A stretch of DNA of 64,000 nt, taken from positions 1-64,000 of IMG/VR virus record IMGVR_UViG_3300010371_000030; one strand, 5' to 3'. The notes beneath the pieces were generated by a model, which was given only the letters and a program-made list of their open reading frames with translations, ran no database searches and was not told where the DNA came from. The position numbers and the translations under genes were made by a program. Origin of the DNA: a virus. Within the stretch, counting starts at the first letter, position 1. Each line of letters opens with the position of its first letter. Positions 63,892-64,000 of this stretch are shown here, piece by piece.

Positions 63892-63946
63892 GATCGGTCT
63901 CTCCTCTTGGTCTATCGTCCTGTGTCCGCTGCCCCTGGTCGCCTGG

Positions 63947-64000
63947 TTACAGGACGCCGTTCCAGAGGGACTTCTTCACCGGCGTGGCGCCGCCCTCGCC
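63947..64000 (-). CDS. C-terminal stub of a probable prohead protease/scaffold (partial)
   Basis: Translates GEGGATPVKKSLWNGVL*, directly upstream of the capsid gene. Confidence 0.6.
   Translation of the reverse strand, partial: GEGGATPVKKSLWNGVL

Larger units (their letters stand above)
1..64000 (-). mobile_element. Bacteriophage genome segment (contractile-tailed Caudoviricetes, high GC)
   Basis: Capsid, sheath, tube, tape measure and baseplate genes followed by phage-type replication and recombination genes; all on one strand with frequent start/stop overlaps; no host housekeeping operons. Confidence 0.96.

Overview
A 64 kb slice of a high-GC, contractile-tailed (myovirus-type) dsDNA bacteriophage genome. 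All credible genes lie on the minus strand and are tightly packed, so transcription runs from 64000 toward 1. In that order the window holds: (1) the C-terminal stub of a probable prohead protease/scaffold, the major capsid protein, and head/neck genes; (2) sheath, tube, a tail chaperone with a -1 frameshift site, tape measure, baseplate and a beta-helix tailspike; (3) a lipoprotein and a peptidase-like gene; (4) a replication module with an SF2 helicase, a wHTH initiator containing a 4 x 22-bp iteron array, a DnaC-like loader, DnaB, a DNA methyltransferase and primase; (5) a CobS/CobT-like AAA+/VWA pair and a sigma factor; (6) a six-gene nucleotide-metabolism cluster (FAD oxidoreductase, NTP-pyrophosphatase/HAD fusion, two class-III PLP aminotransferases, dNMP kinase, ThyX-like); (7) DnaE, HU, UvsY-like, SSB, RecA, SbcD/SbcC, RuvC, a 5'-3' exonuclease and small Zn-finger hypotheticals. 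The six-gene cluster is the best candidate for an undescribed system, possibly a DNA base-modification pathway. Other notable observations are an H-S-x2-C-x6/7-C-x3-C micro-motif shared by RecA, SSB and primase, a scaffold-like C-terminal tag shared with a small head-region protein, and an 18-bp inverted repeat over the start of the gene upstream of dnaE. All product calls come from motif recognition by eye; no database search was run. No rRNA, tRNA, CRISPR array, integrase or terminase was seen.
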